Shown one piece after another: positions 41,520 to 51,147 of a stretch of DNA of 64,000 bases (position 1 is its first letter; each line of letters begins with the position of its first letter). Source of the DNA: an uncultured delta proteobacterium. GTDB taxonomy: Bacteria; Desulfobacterota; Desulfuromonadia; Geobacterales; DSM-12255. The position numbers and the translations under genes were made by a program. The DNA is taken from the NCBI GenBank assembly GCA_963787125.1, contig CAWBBV010000023.1, forward strand, positions 1 through 64,000. Direction: 5' to 3'. Under the pieces are notes generated by a model. That model worked only from the letters and a program-made list of their open reading frames with translations, made no database searches and was not told the DNA's origin.

Positions 41520-43862
41520 ATGAACGGGCATCTTTTTTCACTCCTTACACCAGTCCCGACCGGGTTTGCCTTTTGTGGTGAATTCAGGGCAAAAGATTTC
41601 CGCAGTGCCCCCTTTGCACTCTATGCCCCTTCAATAGCGGCGGCCGGAGAGTTTCTGGGAATGCAACTGCCGCGAATGGCCGGCCTGATTCTGGTCCCGG
41701 GCGAGAGTTTTGCCTTTCAGGAAGTGGCGCCGCATGTTTCTCACATCACCATTCCCCCCGCACTGCTTCCCTGTCTTGCCGCCTTTGCTTCTCTTCAGCT
41801 GGAGCAGATCGAGCAGCGGATTCACTCTGAGGAGCGCAGTTCGTTCCTGTCGCTGGAGCTTGGTCGACTGGAAATGCTCAACCAGCGGGCCTCGCAGGAA
41901 TTCAGCAGTTTCAGGGCCAGCCTGCTGCACGAAATAGAAGAGCGCAGGCGGAACGAAGAAGACATCCTCCGTGAAAAGGAATTTTTTGCTGAGGCAATAA
42001 ATTCTCTGCCGGGTGTTTTTTACATAATCAGCCCGACCTATAAATTTTTACGCTGGAATGAAAATTTTGAAAGAATCACAGAATTTTCTGCTGAGGAACT
42101 GGCCCTGCTAAGCCCGCTTGACCTGTTTGCCGCTACAGAAAAAGATTTGCTCCGGGAACGGATTCAGGAAGTGTTCGCAATAGGCTCAGCATCGGTCGAG
42201 GCGGAACTTGTCTCAAGGAGCGGCAGGTGTATTCCGTACCATTTTACCGGGCAAACGATCCAGGTTGAAGGACTCACCTGTCTCATCGGTATGGGGGTTG
42301 ATATATCCGTGAGCAGGCAGAGAGAGGAGTTGCTTAAAAACAGTGAAGAGCGCTTCCGCTCAATATTTGAAAACCTGCAGGATGTGTATTATCGCTCCGA
42401 TGCAGAAGGCCGCCTGACCATGATCAGCCCTTCGGGAGTCCGACTGTTTGGCTGCGAAAGCCAGGATGAACTGCTTGGTAGTGTTATTAGTGAGACCTTT
42501 TACGACGATCCCGAAGAACGCGATGTCTTTATTAACAGTTTGAAAATGAAAGGGCATTTGTCCAACTATGAAATTACCTTGCGGCGCAAGGACGGCACGC
42601 CAGTTCAATTTGCCACCGCAACGCACCTTGTCCTGGATGCAGAAGGAAACTATGCCGGTGTAGAGGGAATGCTCCGGGACGTATCCGAGATGAAGGCCGC
42701 CGCAGAGGAGCGTCTTAAACTGGAGCAGCAGCTCCTCCATGCCCAGAAACTTGAGAGCCTCGGGGTACTGTCCGGCGGCATTGCCCATGACTTCAACAAC
42801 ATCCTGACCGGCATCATCGGCAATGCTGAAATGGCCCTGATGAAACTGAACCCAGAGTCGCCGGTGCTGGAGAATCTGGCGCGGATCGAGAAGGCCGCTG
42901 CCCGGGCAGCCGACCTGGCCAGGCAGATGCTGGCCTATTCCGGCAAGGGTAGATTCGTCATTGAGGCCATTGATATCAATCGCCTGGTGGAAGAGATGGG
43001 GCACATGCTGGAAGTCTCCATCTCCAAGAAGGCGGTACTGCGTTATAATCTTACCAAACTACTGCCGACAGTTAATGTGGATGCCACCCAGATCCGCCAG
43101 ATCATCATGAATCTGGTGATCAACGCTTCCGAGGCCATTGGTGACCAGAGCGGGGTCATTGCCATCACCACCGGCTGCCTTGAGTGTAATGATGCTTATC
43201 TGCAGGAATTCTGGCTCACCGACCCGATCCCGGAAGGGCTCTACGTTTCACTGGAGATAGCTGACAGCGGCTGCGGTATGGACAAGGAGACTCTGTCGAG
43301 AATGTTTGACCCCTTCTTCACCACCAAATTTACCGGCCGGGGGCTGGGGATGGCAGCGGTATTAGGGATTGTGCGCGGCCACAAGGGGGCGATCAAGGTC
43401 TACAGCGAACCGGGCAGGGGGAGCAGCTTCAAGGTGCTGTTGCCGGCCGGGGATAAACCGGCGGAACTGTTCAACGGGAAAGCTGCTGCCGATAGCTGGC
43501 AGGGGAGCGGCACTGCGCTGCTGGTGGATGACGAGGAGACGGTACGGGCCATTGGCGCCGAAATGCTCAAGGAACTCGGCTTCGATGTTATAACGGCTAA
43601 AGACGGCCGCGAAGCAGTGGAGATATTCAATACTGGAAAAGAGTTCAGTGTGGTGATTCTCGACCTGACCATGCCTCACATGGATGGTGAGCAGTGCTTC
43701 CGCGAACTGCGCCGGCTCGATCCAGCCGTGAAGGTGATCATGTCCAGCGGCTTCAGCGAACATGAGGTGACGCAAAAGTTTGTCGGCAAGGGGTTGGCCG
43801 GTTTTGTGCAGAAACCGTATAAACTGAGCGTACTTAAAGCGGCGCTAAAGCAGATTATTTGA
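41520..43862 (+). CDS. Hybrid kinase (unknown N-domain)-PAS-PAS-HisKA-HATPase-REC
   Basis: PAS motifs, AHDFNNIL; kinase and receiver identical in protein to those of 38017-40344. Confidence 0.92.
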   Translation: MNGHLFSLLTPVPTGFAFCGEFRAKDFRSAPFALYAPSIAAAGEFLGMQLPRMAGLILVPGESFAFQEVAPHVSHITIPPALLPCLAAFASLQLEQIEQRIHSEERSSFLSLELGRLEMLNQRASQEFSSFRASLLHEIEERRRNEEDILREKEFFAEAINSLPGVFYIISPTYKFLRWNENFERITEFSAEELALLSPLDLFAATEKDLLRERIQEVFAIGSASVEAELVSRSGRCIPYHFTGQTIQVEGLTCLIGMGVDISVSRQREELLKNSEERFRSIFENLQDVYYRSDAEGRLTMISPSGVRLFGCESQDELLGSVISETFYDDPEERDVFINSLKMKGHLSNYEITLRRKDGTPVQFATATHLVLDAEGNYAGVEGMLRDVSEMKAAAEERLKLEQQLLHAQKLESLGVLSGGIAHDFNNILTGIIGNAEMALMKLNPESPVLENLARIEKAAARAADLARQMLAYSGKGRFVIEAIDINRLVEEMGHMLEVSISKKAVLRYNLTKLLPTVNVDATQIRQIIMNLVINASEAIGDQSGVIAITTGCLECNDAYLQEFWLTDPIPEGLYVSLEIADSGCGMDKETLSRMFDPFFTTKFTGRGLGMAAVLGIVRGHKGAIKVYSEPGRGSSFKVLLPAGDKPAELFNGKAAADSWQGSGTALLVDDEETVRAIGAEMLKELGFDVITAKDGREAVEIFNTGKEFSVVILDLTMPHMDGEQCFRELRRLDPAVKVIMSSGFSEHEVTQKFVGKGLAGFVQKPYKLSVLKAALKQII
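42774..43828 (+). repeat. Copy 2 of ~1.05-kb near-identical direct repeat
   Basis: Matches 39244-40298. Confidence 0.93.
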
Positions 43863-43960
43863 CAATCCGCAGCTCTGATTCGGCATTGCATTCAAAGGTC
43901 CGGCATGTCATGGCACGCCCCTTATTTTTTCAGTCTGCCTTGGAAGAAAGGGAGATTGTG

Positions 43961-44881
43961 TTAGCGCAACAGCCAGATGGTCAGCGGCAGGGTGATAAAG
44001 GAGAGGCAGGTCTGGGCGGTGATTATGGCAGCCATGCTGTCATGATCGCCGCCCATCTGTCTGGAGAGGATGTAGGCCGAAGGGGCGGTCGGAACACTGA
44101 AAAGGAGTACCACCACACTCACTGCCATGCCGGGCAGACCAAGTAACGTTGCCAGCTTCCAGGCAATAAGCGGCTTACAGATAAACTGGACGCTGCTGCT
44201 TACCAGCAGCGGTTGCCAGTTTTGACCGAGATTGCCGACCCGATAGGCCGCCCCCACCGCCATCAGCCCCACCGGAAAGGCCGCTTTCCCCCCCAGAGCA
44301 AGGATGCCGTCGACTGCTGACGGCAGCATCAACCCTGAAGCATTCACCCCCACGCCGATAACACAGCCGATAATGAGCGGATTGCGCAGCAGGTCAACTG
44401 TCAGTCGTTTAAAGTTTATGCCACTGCCGTTATGCACTGCCAATGAGAAGGCCGAAACGCATAGAATATTGATCAATATGATCATGAAGCCGGCACCCAG
44501 TGCGGCCAGAAAGAGACCGTCCCTGCCGAAAAGATTTTCTGCCAGAGCCAGAGCTACAAAAGTGTTGAAGCGAACTCCCCCCTGAAAAAGCGAAGTAAAA
44601 GCCGGACCGCCCATCTGTCGGTTAATGAGCCACCAAAGGGTCAGCAGCAGTGCACTGGTCAGCACCGCGCTCTCAACGGTCAGCAAAATCTTCAGCCAAG
44701 GGAGCGAGTCGATTCGTTTGCCGGCGAGATTATGGATCAGGGTCGCTGGCATGAGCAGAAAATAGGTGAGTTTTTCAGCCGACGGCCAGAAAGATGAGGG
44801 GAGGAAGCTGGTGCGCTGAATGATGAAACCGACCAGGATCAGAGCCAGTACCGGTATGAGGGCATCAGTGATGGAGGTCAT
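43961..44881 (-). CDS. AEC (auxin efflux carrier) family transporter
   Basis: About 10 TMs, RFNTFV, NPLII, PTAPSAYILSRQMGGD. Confidence 0.88.
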   Translation of the reverse strand: MTSITDALIPVLALILVGFIIQRTSFLPSSFWPSAEKLTYFLLMPATLIHNLAGKRIDSLPWLKILLTVESAVLTSALLLTLWWLINRQMGGPAFTSLFQGGVRFNTFVALALAENLFGRDGLFLAALGAGFMIILINILCVSAFSLAVHNGSGINFKRLTVDLLRNPLIIGCVIGVGVNASGLMLPSAVDGILALGGKAAFPVGLMAVGAAYRVGNLGQNWQPLLVSSSVQFICKPLIAWKLATLLGLPGMAVSVVVLLFSVPTAPSAYILSRQMGGDHDSMAAIITAQTCLSFITLPLTIWLLR

Positions 44882-44975
44882 CTGCTCTCCTCGTTACGTT
44901 TATCAGAATTGGAGTAAGAAGATAGCACAGGTTTTTGGGAAAAATAATCGATAATGTCACAAAAACGCCGGTATT

Positions 44976-44992
44976 TGCCCATGAAACGGGCA
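44976..44992. promoter_or_regulatory. Candidate NtrC-type enhancer site
   Basis: Palindrome TGCCC-N7-GGGCA about 120 bp upstream of a sigma54 motif. Confidence 0.5.
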
Positions 44993-45110
44993 TACATGCT
45001 GCGGGAGTAATCAGGCGTCAAGGGGATTACCCTGGTTTTCCCAGAAGAGTGACAGCTGTAGAGCGCCTGTTACAGGGCCATCACAGCTAGTCTGAGGTGA
45101 TGGCACAGCA

Positions 45111-45126
45111 GGGAACGGTTTATGCT
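45111..45126 (+). promoter_or_regulatory. Sigma54 (-24/-12) promoter of ANTAR regulator
   Basis: GGGAACGGTTTATGCT: GG 45112-45113, 10 nt, GC 45124-45125. Confidence 0.55.
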
Positions 45127-45163
45127 AAAGCTTTTGGCATAACAGCGGGAAATGGAGGTTACC

Positions 45164-45727
45164 ATGAAGAGTGTCATGATCTGTGATAATGCTTCATCAG
45201 TGAGGAGCGAACTGCGTAGCATTCTAAATGGACTTGGTTTTGATACTGTTTATGAATGCAGCAATGGTGATGAAGCGGTAAAGACAGCCCTGGAGAAAGT
45301 CCCGGATTTGGCGATTATGGAGATCGTGTTGCCGAAAAAAGATGGCATTATTGCAGCTAAAGAGATCAGGGAAAAACTTAAAATACCGATAATCTTTCAG
45401 ACTGCCTGTCGTGACCATGACATGATTGAGCGGGCAATGAAGGTTGATGTCGCTGCTTTTCTCGGCAAACCTTTGCGTGAGCATGAACTCTGGCCTGCCA
45501 TTGAACTTGCGTTCGCCCATAACCATGAGGTCGAACAGCTGAAGGAAGAGATCACTGATCTGAAAAATACTTTGGAAAGTAGAAAAATTATTGATAAAGC
45601 CAAAGGTTCTCTTATCAAATCGCAGGGGCTGTCCGAACCGGAAGCCTTTCGCAAAATGCAGAAACTTGCAATGGACAAGAGGAAATCTTTACGGCAGATA
45701 GCAGAAGCAATATTGCTGACAGAGTGA
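45164..45727 (+). CDS. REC-ANTAR RNA antiterminator (NasT/GnfR-like)
   Basis: Receiver fold plus ANTAR RKIIDKAKG..SEPEAFRKMQKLAMDKRKSLRQIAEAI; GGAGG before ATG 45164. Confidence 0.9.
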   Translation: MKSVMICDNASSVRSELRSILNGLGFDTVYECSNGDEAVKTALEKVPDLAIMEIVLPKKDGIIAAKEIREKLKIPIIFQTACRDHDMIERAMKVDVAAFLGKPLREHELWPAIELAFAHNHEVEQLKEEITDLKNTLESRKIIDKAKGSLIKSQGLSEPEAFRKMQKLAMDKRKSLRQIAEAILLTE

Positions 45728-45753
45728 GCCGAATATTTTAAACAGCCGTTAAA

Positions 45754-45795
45754 AACGCAAAAAGAGACGCAAACGCTTGCGTCTCTTTTTGCGTT
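45754..45795. terminator. Bidirectional terminator (19-bp perfect stem)
   Basis: AACGCAAAAAGAGACGCAA-ACGC-TTGCGTCTCTTTTTGCGTT between convergent genes. Confidence 0.82.
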
Positions 45796-45823
45796 CAGAA
45801 TCTTTCTGAGCGAAGCGGGAGTC

Positions 45824-46918
45824 TCAAGAACCGGTCAGTGCCGGATAATCAGAATATCCCTGGCTGCCTGGAGAATAGAATGTAGTCTGATCGGCTTCTG
45901 CCAGCGGTTTGCCTGTTTGCAGGCGTTCAACCAGGTCAGGGTTGGAAATAAACGGTCTGCCGAACGCTATCAGATCGGCAGCGCCGCTCTCAAGGTCTGC
46001 TTCAGCACGGTGCCGGTCGTAACCTCCGGAGAGGATAATTGCCCTGCCGCCGGCTGTACGGAATTTGCTGCAAATAATCGCGACTGTTGCCGGGTCAGGT
46101 TTAGGTGCCCCCATGGCGGAGTGATCCACCAGGTGCAGGTAGGCGAGCTTCAGTCCCCCCAGCGCCCCTGCCAGGTCAGCATACTGCCCGGCAATCCCTT
46201 CATATGTGCCGCTCATGTCATTGAATACCCCGTAAGGAGAGAGACGAATGCCGACCCGCTCGGCGCCGATGGCCGCAGCCGTAGCCGCGGTCACTTCAAT
46301 GGCAAAGCGGTTTCGATTCGTCGCACTCCCGCCGTAGTCATCACTGCGCCGGTTTGAGCCCGGGTCGAGAAACTGGGTGATCAGGTAGCCGTTGGCACCG
46401 TGAATCTCAACACCGTCAAAACCGACGTTAATGGCATTGCGCGCCGCCTGAACATACTCCTCAATTGCCCGGACAACATTTGCCGCTGTCATCTCTACGG
46501 GGAGATCATAGGGTTGTTCCCCCTGGCTGTCAGTCCAGATTTTGCCCTCCACCGCAAGCGCAGACGGCGCCACAAGTTCTGCCTCTGCCGGCAGATTAAG
46601 CATATTCCCCACCCGGCCTGAATGCATCAATTGGACAAAGATTTTCCCGCAGCGTTCATGGACAGCGGTAGTGACAAGCTTCCAGGCTGCCGTCTGCTCC
46701 GGCGAGAAAATGCCGGGGATGCGGGCGTACCCCAGGCCGTTCGGGGACGGTGATGTCCCTTCAGTGATTATCAGCCCTGCGCCGGCCCGCTGCCGGTAAT
46801 ACTCGACCATTAATTCGTTGGGCAGGTTGCCGGTCGCTCGATTGCGGGTCATGGGCGCCATAACGATGTGGTTCTGTAGCTCAACTGCTCCCAGTGGGCA
46901 CTGCGTGAAAAGTTTCAT
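45824..46918 (-). CDS. nemA: Old yellow enzyme / N-ethylmaleimide reductase family alkene reductase
   Basis: MAPMTRNRA, YYRQRA, EIHGANGYL, RLSP, FGRPFISNPDL, GYSDYP; GGAG RBS before ATG 46918. Confidence 0.88.
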   Translation of the reverse strand: MKLFTQCPLGAVELQNHIVMAPMTRNRATGNLPNELMVEYYRQRAGAGLIITEGTSPSPNGLGYARIPGIFSPEQTAAWKLVTTAVHERCGKIFVQLMHSGRVGNMLNLPAEAELVAPSALAVEGKIWTDSQGEQPYDLPVEMTAANVVRAIEEYVQAARNAINVGFDGVEIHGANGYLITQFLDPGSNRRSDDYGGSATNRNRFAIEVTAATAAAIGAERVGIRLSPYGVFNDMSGTYEGIAGQYADLAGALGGLKLAYLHLVDHSAMGAPKPDPATVAIICSKFRTAGGRAIILSGGYDRHRAEADLESGAADLIAFGRPFISNPDLVERLQTGKPLAEADQTTFYSPGSQGYSDYPALTGS

Positions 46919-47035
46919 GGTGGTCTCCGCTTGTTCAATAAGTGATGGTTTAATGCTGACAATGAGTGTCGTCCCTGTATTTCGAGGGATAAGGTTAACA
47001 CAAATATTGGGGCAGTCCAGTGCTACCGCTCTGAC

Positions 47036-47052
47036 TTGGCGCACTCCTCGCA
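47036..47052 (+). promoter_or_regulatory. Sigma54 promoter of nifV
   Basis: TTGGCGCACTCCTCGCA: GG 47038-47039, 10 nt, GC 47050-47051. Confidence 0.6.
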
Positions 47053-47084
47053 AAGGAAAGGTATGAGTTCTACGGAGGCAGATT

Positions 47085-48236
47085 ATGAATAGAGAAACTA
47101 TCACGCCTTTAATAATTGATGATACGACACTGCGAGACGGCGAACAGACCGCCGGGGTAGTGTTTAGCAGGGCAGAAAAAATTGCCATCGCCCGGATGCT
47201 TGATTCCATAGGCGTTCAGGAGATTGAGTGTGGAATACCGGCAATGGGTGGCCATGAACGTGCCGGGATCAAGGCGTTGGTTGAACTTGGCCTGAATGCC
47301 CGGCTCATTACCTGGAACCGGGCTCTGGTGCCTGAAATTGAGGCAAGTATTGCCTGTGGTGTGCAGGCAGTAGACATCTCCCTGTCGGTTTCTGATCAGA
47401 TGATAGTCCACAAACTGCGCAAAAACCGGGATGCGGTCAAGGAACAGTTGAAAGTCGCTCTCGGCTTTGCCAAGAGTAAAAACCTTTATGTGTCAGTTGG
47501 CGGTGAGGATTCCAGCCGGGCAGATATGAAGTTCCTTGTTGAACTCCTGGAGATCACCCGCTCTCTCGGTGGCGATCGCTTCCGCTTCTGTGACACCCTT
47601 GGAATTATGGATCCGTTCGGCATGTACGAGCGGATAGCGTTTCTTCGCCAGGCGGTTCCGGAGGTGGAACTGGAAGTTCACACCCATAATGATCTGGGGA
47701 TGGCAACGGCCAATGCCATTGCCGGAGTAAGGGCTGGAGCACGCTTTGTTAATACGACCATAAACGGTCTGGGTGAGCGCGCCGGCAATGCCGCCCTGGA
47801 GGAGGTCGTCATGGGCTTGAAGCACGCCTGCGGTATTGAAACCGGTATCGATACCCACCGTTTCCGCGAGATGTCGCTCTTCGTTGCCAAGGCTTCCCAC
47901 CGCCCGCTGTCGGTCTCCAAGGCGGTGGTGGGTGAACGGGTTTTTGCCCATGAATCGGGTCTGCATGCAGACGGCGTTATCAAGGATCCCCACAACTACG
48001 AAGGTTTTGACCCGGCAGAAGTTGGGTTGACCCGCAGTATTGTGATCGGTAAACACTCCGGCACCGGCGGTCTGATCGAACGCTATCGCAGCATGGGAAT
48101 CGCCATTGATCGAACCCGGGCCGTGCCGCTGCTCGAAAAGACCAGGGCCATGTCGTGCCGGCGCAAGCGGGATCTTTCCAACAGCGAGCTCCTGTCTCTT
48201 TATAATCAAAAAGTGACGCTGCCAAAAGCGGCGTAA
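47085..48236 (+). CDS. nifV: Homocitrate synthase
   Basis: [60 protein letters not shown]; no LeuA regulatory domain. Confidence 0.9.
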   Translation: MNRETITPLIIDDTTLRDGEQTAGVVFSRAEKIAIARMLDSIGVQEIECGIPAMGGHERAGIKALVELGLNARLITWNRALVPEIEASIACGVQAVDISLSVSDQMIVHKLRKNRDAVKEQLKVALGFAKSKNLYVSVGGEDSSRADMKFLVELLEITRSLGGDRFRFCDTLGIMDPFGMYERIAFLRQAVPEVELEVHTHNDLGMATANAIAGVRAGARFVNTTINGLGERAGNAALEEVVMGLKHACGIETGIDTHRFREMSLFVAKASHRPLSVSKAVVGERVFAHESGLHADGVIKDPHNYEGFDPAEVGLTRSIVIGKHSGTGGLIERYRSMGIAIDRTRAVPLLEKTRAMSCRRKRDLSNSELLSLYNQKVTLPKAA

Positions 48237-48247
48237 GGATTCTGGTT

Positions 48248-48679
48248 ATGCATGAAGAGGACGGCGATATCTGGAAATATGCCGGAAGCGCAGTGATTGT
48301 CATGACAACCAATGGTTCATTGACGCGTTCATGGCAGGCTGTTCCCGGATGCGGAGTAACAAAGCAGGCCGTTGACAGGTATCCATGGCTTGCTGTGAAG
48401 CTGGGGATGATGATACAGATGCATGGTAATCATGTGTTTGACCTAGGGAGCTCTTTGGCAAGCTTTCCAGTGGAAGAGACGGCCTGGTCGCAACCAGATT
48501 TGAGAATAATAGCCCGTTCGGCAGAGGAGCTGCGGCTCGTCGCCGATGCTGCCGGGTGGCAGCAGATCATTGTCCCCCGTCCAGGTTGTGGCGGCGGCGG
48601 TCTCCTCTGGAAAGACGTCCGGCCGCTGCTCGAACCATGGTTTGACAGCCGCTTTACCGTTATCAGCCAGAAAATGTGA
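48248..48679 (+). CDS. Macro-domain-like (Poa1p/DarG-like) ADP-ribose-binding protein
   Basis: GDIW, VMTTNG, FPV, VPRPGCGGGGLLWKDVRPLL resemble the macro Poa1p-like motif. Confidence 0.7.
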   Translation: MHEEDGDIWKYAGSAVIVMTTNGSLTRSWQAVPGCGVTKQAVDRYPWLAVKLGMMIQMHGNHVFDLGSSLASFPVEETAWSQPDLRIIARSAEELRLVADAAGWQQIIVPRPGCGGGGLLWKDVRPLLEPWFDSRFTVISQKM

Positions 48680-48745
48680 CGGACTATACCGTAATCCCGA
48701 AAGTGCAGTATAATTAGTCAATTCATCTCAAAGGAGTGGCCGACC

Positions 48746-50191
48746 ATGTACACCAACGGCATGCAGGGCGGAAAACCCCGTAACCCTTATCATGAGTTCT
48801 ACTCTGATGACTTCACCCCCCGCGACCACTACCGGCTGCTTTGGGATCATATCAAAGCCACCGGCAACAACGCTTTGGAAGCCAAAGCGCACGAATCGCA
48901 GCTGGCACTGCAAGCCGAGGGGGTTACCTTCACGGTCTATGGTGAAAGTGAAGAGGGGATTGAGCGGATCTGGCCCTTCGACCTGATTCCACGCATCATC
49001 ACTGCAGCAGAGTGGGTGAAGATTGAATCGGGCTTAAAGCAGCGTGTGCGGGCTCTGAACCTGTTTCTGGGAGACCTCTACGGTGAACAGAAGATTATCA
49101 AGGATGGTGTCATCCCCGCCGAACTGATTTACGAGGGGCGTGATTTCCGCCGCGAGATCGTCGGCATAGTGCCGCCAGGCGGCATCTATACCCACGTCAG
49201 CGGTATTGACATCATCCGGGATGAGAAAGGGGAGTTTCTGATTCTGGAGGACAACCTCCGTACCCCGTCGGGTGTTTCCTACATGATCGAAAATCGGGTT
49301 ATCGAGCGGCGGATACTGCCGGAGTTTTTTAATAAATATCGTGTCCGCCGTGTCGAGCACTACCCGTCGCTGCTGCTGGCAGCGCTGCGTGCCCTCTCAC
49401 CGCGCGGCAAGGACAACGCCGAAATCGTTCTTTTGACCCCCGGTATTTATAACTCGGCCTACTTCGAGCACACTTTTTTGGCCAAGGAGATGGGGGTTGA
49501 ACTGGCGGAAGGGCGCGACATGGTTGTTGTCAACGATGTCGTCTATCTCAAGACCACCACCGGCCTGCAGCGGGTGGATGTTATCTATCGCCGCATTGAC
49601 GATGACTTCCTTGACCCGCTGGTGTTCCGCTCCGATTCTTCTCTCGGTATTGCCGGAGTTATTAACGCCTGGCGGGCGGGTAACGTTGCCATTGTCAATG
49701 CGCCAGGGAGCGGTATTGCTGACGATAAGGCCGTGTATCCCTACGTGCCGGACATAATTCGCTATTATCTCGGTCAGGAGCCAATCCTGCACAATGTGCC
49801 CACGTTCCAGATGACCAATGTCAAGGACCGTGAATATGTCTTTGACAACATGGAACGGATGGTGATCAAGGCGGTCAGTGAATCAGGCGGCTACGGCATG
49901 CTGATGGGGCCATCCTCAACTCCCGCCTCGCGCAAGGAGTTTGTGGGGCTGGTGCAGGAAAACCCGCGCAATTACATTGCCCAGCCGGTGGTCTACCTGT
50001 CACGGCACGTCTGCTTCATGGACGGCGAACTGGAAGCCCGTCACCTTGACCTGCGTCCCTACGTTATATACGGTGAGGATATTGAGGTCGTGCCGGGTGG
50101 TTTGACCAGGGTGGCGTTGCGCAAAGGGTCGCTGGTCGTTAACTCCTCCCAGGGTGGCGGCAGTAAAGATACCTGGGTTTTAGCGGAGTAA
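48746..50191 (+). CDS. Circularly permuted type 2 ATP-grasp protein
   Basis: PFDLIPR, LEDNLRTPSGVSY, SAYFEH, DLRPY, VVNSSQGGGSKDTWV. Confidence 0.93.
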   Translation: MYTNGMQGGKPRNPYHEFYSDDFTPRDHYRLLWDHIKATGNNALEAKAHESQLALQAEGVTFTVYGESEEGIERIWPFDLIPRIITAAEWVKIESGLKQRVRALNLFLGDLYGEQKIIKDGVIPAELIYEGRDFRREIVGIVPPGGIYTHVSGIDIIRDEKGEFLILEDNLRTPSGVSYMIENRVIERRILPEFFNKYRVRRVEHYPSLLLAALRALSPRGKDNAEIVLLTPGIYNSAYFEHTFLAKEMGVELAEGRDMVVVNDVVYLKTTTGLQRVDVIYRRIDDDFLDPLVFRSDSSLGIAGVINAWRAGNVAIVNAPGSGIADDKAVYPYVPDIIRYYLGQEPILHNVPTFQMTNVKDREYVFDNMERMVIKAVSESGGYGMLMGPSSTPASRKEFVGLVQENPRNYIAQPVVYLSRHVCFMDGELEARHLDLRPYVIYGEDIEVVPGGLTRVALRKGSLVVNSSQGGGSKDTWVLAE

Positions 50192-50200
50192 GGGGGATAC

Positions 50201-51139
50201 ATGTTAAGCCGCATAGCTGATTCAATGTACTGGATGGCTCGCTACCTTGAGCGTGCCGGGGAAACCGCCCGTCTGATGGAGATAAACCTGCTCTACCTGG
50301 TGGAAGCGGAAGAGGATATGGGTGAAGAGGATAAATGGCGCCCGATACTGCAGATTAATTCATCTGAGCCGCTCTACGACGAACAGTTTGGTAGCGGCAA
50401 CATCAGCACGTCGCGGGTACTGCAGTTTGTCAGCGCCGGTCGGACCAATCCCAGCTCGATCCGCACCTGTTTGCGGCTGTTCCGTGAGAACGCCCGGGTT
50501 GCCCGTGACCGTATTTCCAAGGAGATGTGGGAAGCGGTCAACGAGATCTGGATGAGCTTTGATGAACGGCTGAAAGGCTCGCTTTCCGCTGAGCGGACCG
50601 GTGCTCTTTTTGTGGAACTGCGTAATCAGGTCGCCCGTTTCAATGGCCTGACCGCCTCCACCATGATGCGGGGTGAGGCCTATGCCTTCTACCAGCTGGG
50701 GGGCTGTCTGGAGCGGGCTGATATGACCGCCCGTATCCTTGATATCAAGTATCATATCATCCTGCCGGACCTTTCCATGGTCGGGTCGGCTCTGGACTAT
50801 TATCAGTGGGCCGCCCTGCTCAAGTCACTTTCCGGTTTCGAGGCCTTCCGCCGCAGTTACCACTCCGGGTTCATGCCGGCCGATGTGGCTGAGTTTGTGG
50901 TACTCAACCGCGCCTTTCCCCGCTCGATTGCCTTTTCGGTCGAGCGGATGGGAAATGCACTTGATATAATCGGCCTGGAGCAGAAAGCTGCCACCCAGGC
51001 CGCCTTTGCCGGGCTTGCTGATATGGTTCACGTGCCGGCACAGCAAGTTTTTGCTGCCGGCCTGCATGAGTATCTGGAGAGCCTGCTGCTGCGGTTGGCG
51101 ACTTTCCACGGCGCGCTGGCAGAAGAGTTTTTTCAGTAG
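50201..51139 (+). CDS. Alpha-E domain protein
   Basis: MLSRIADSMYWMARYLERA and second ER motif LERADMTARILD, FPRSI. Confidence 0.92.
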   Translation: MLSRIADSMYWMARYLERAGETARLMEINLLYLVEAEEDMGEEDKWRPILQINSSEPLYDEQFGSGNISTSRVLQFVSAGRTNPSSIRTCLRLFRENARVARDRISKEMWEAVNEIWMSFDERLKGSLSAERTGALFVELRNQVARFNGLTASTMMRGEAYAFYQLGGCLERADMTARILDIKYHIILPDLSMVGSALDYYQWAALLKSLSGFEAFRRSYHSGFMPADVAEFVVLNRAFPRSIAFSVERMGNALDIIGLEQKAATQAAFAGLADMVHVPAQQVFAAGLHEYLESLLLRLATFHGALAEEFFQ

Positions 51140-51147
51140 GAGAAGAA

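Noticed and set aside
39244..43828. Kinase repeat pair as diversity-generating retroelement template/variable repeats
   Set aside because: No reverse transcriptase; differences appear synonymous and are not adenine-specific; both copies are coding
46919..47209. 97-aa N-terminal extension of the OYE ORF in the track
   Set aside because: Overlaps nifV and its promoter on the other strand; family homology and RBS begin at ATG 46918
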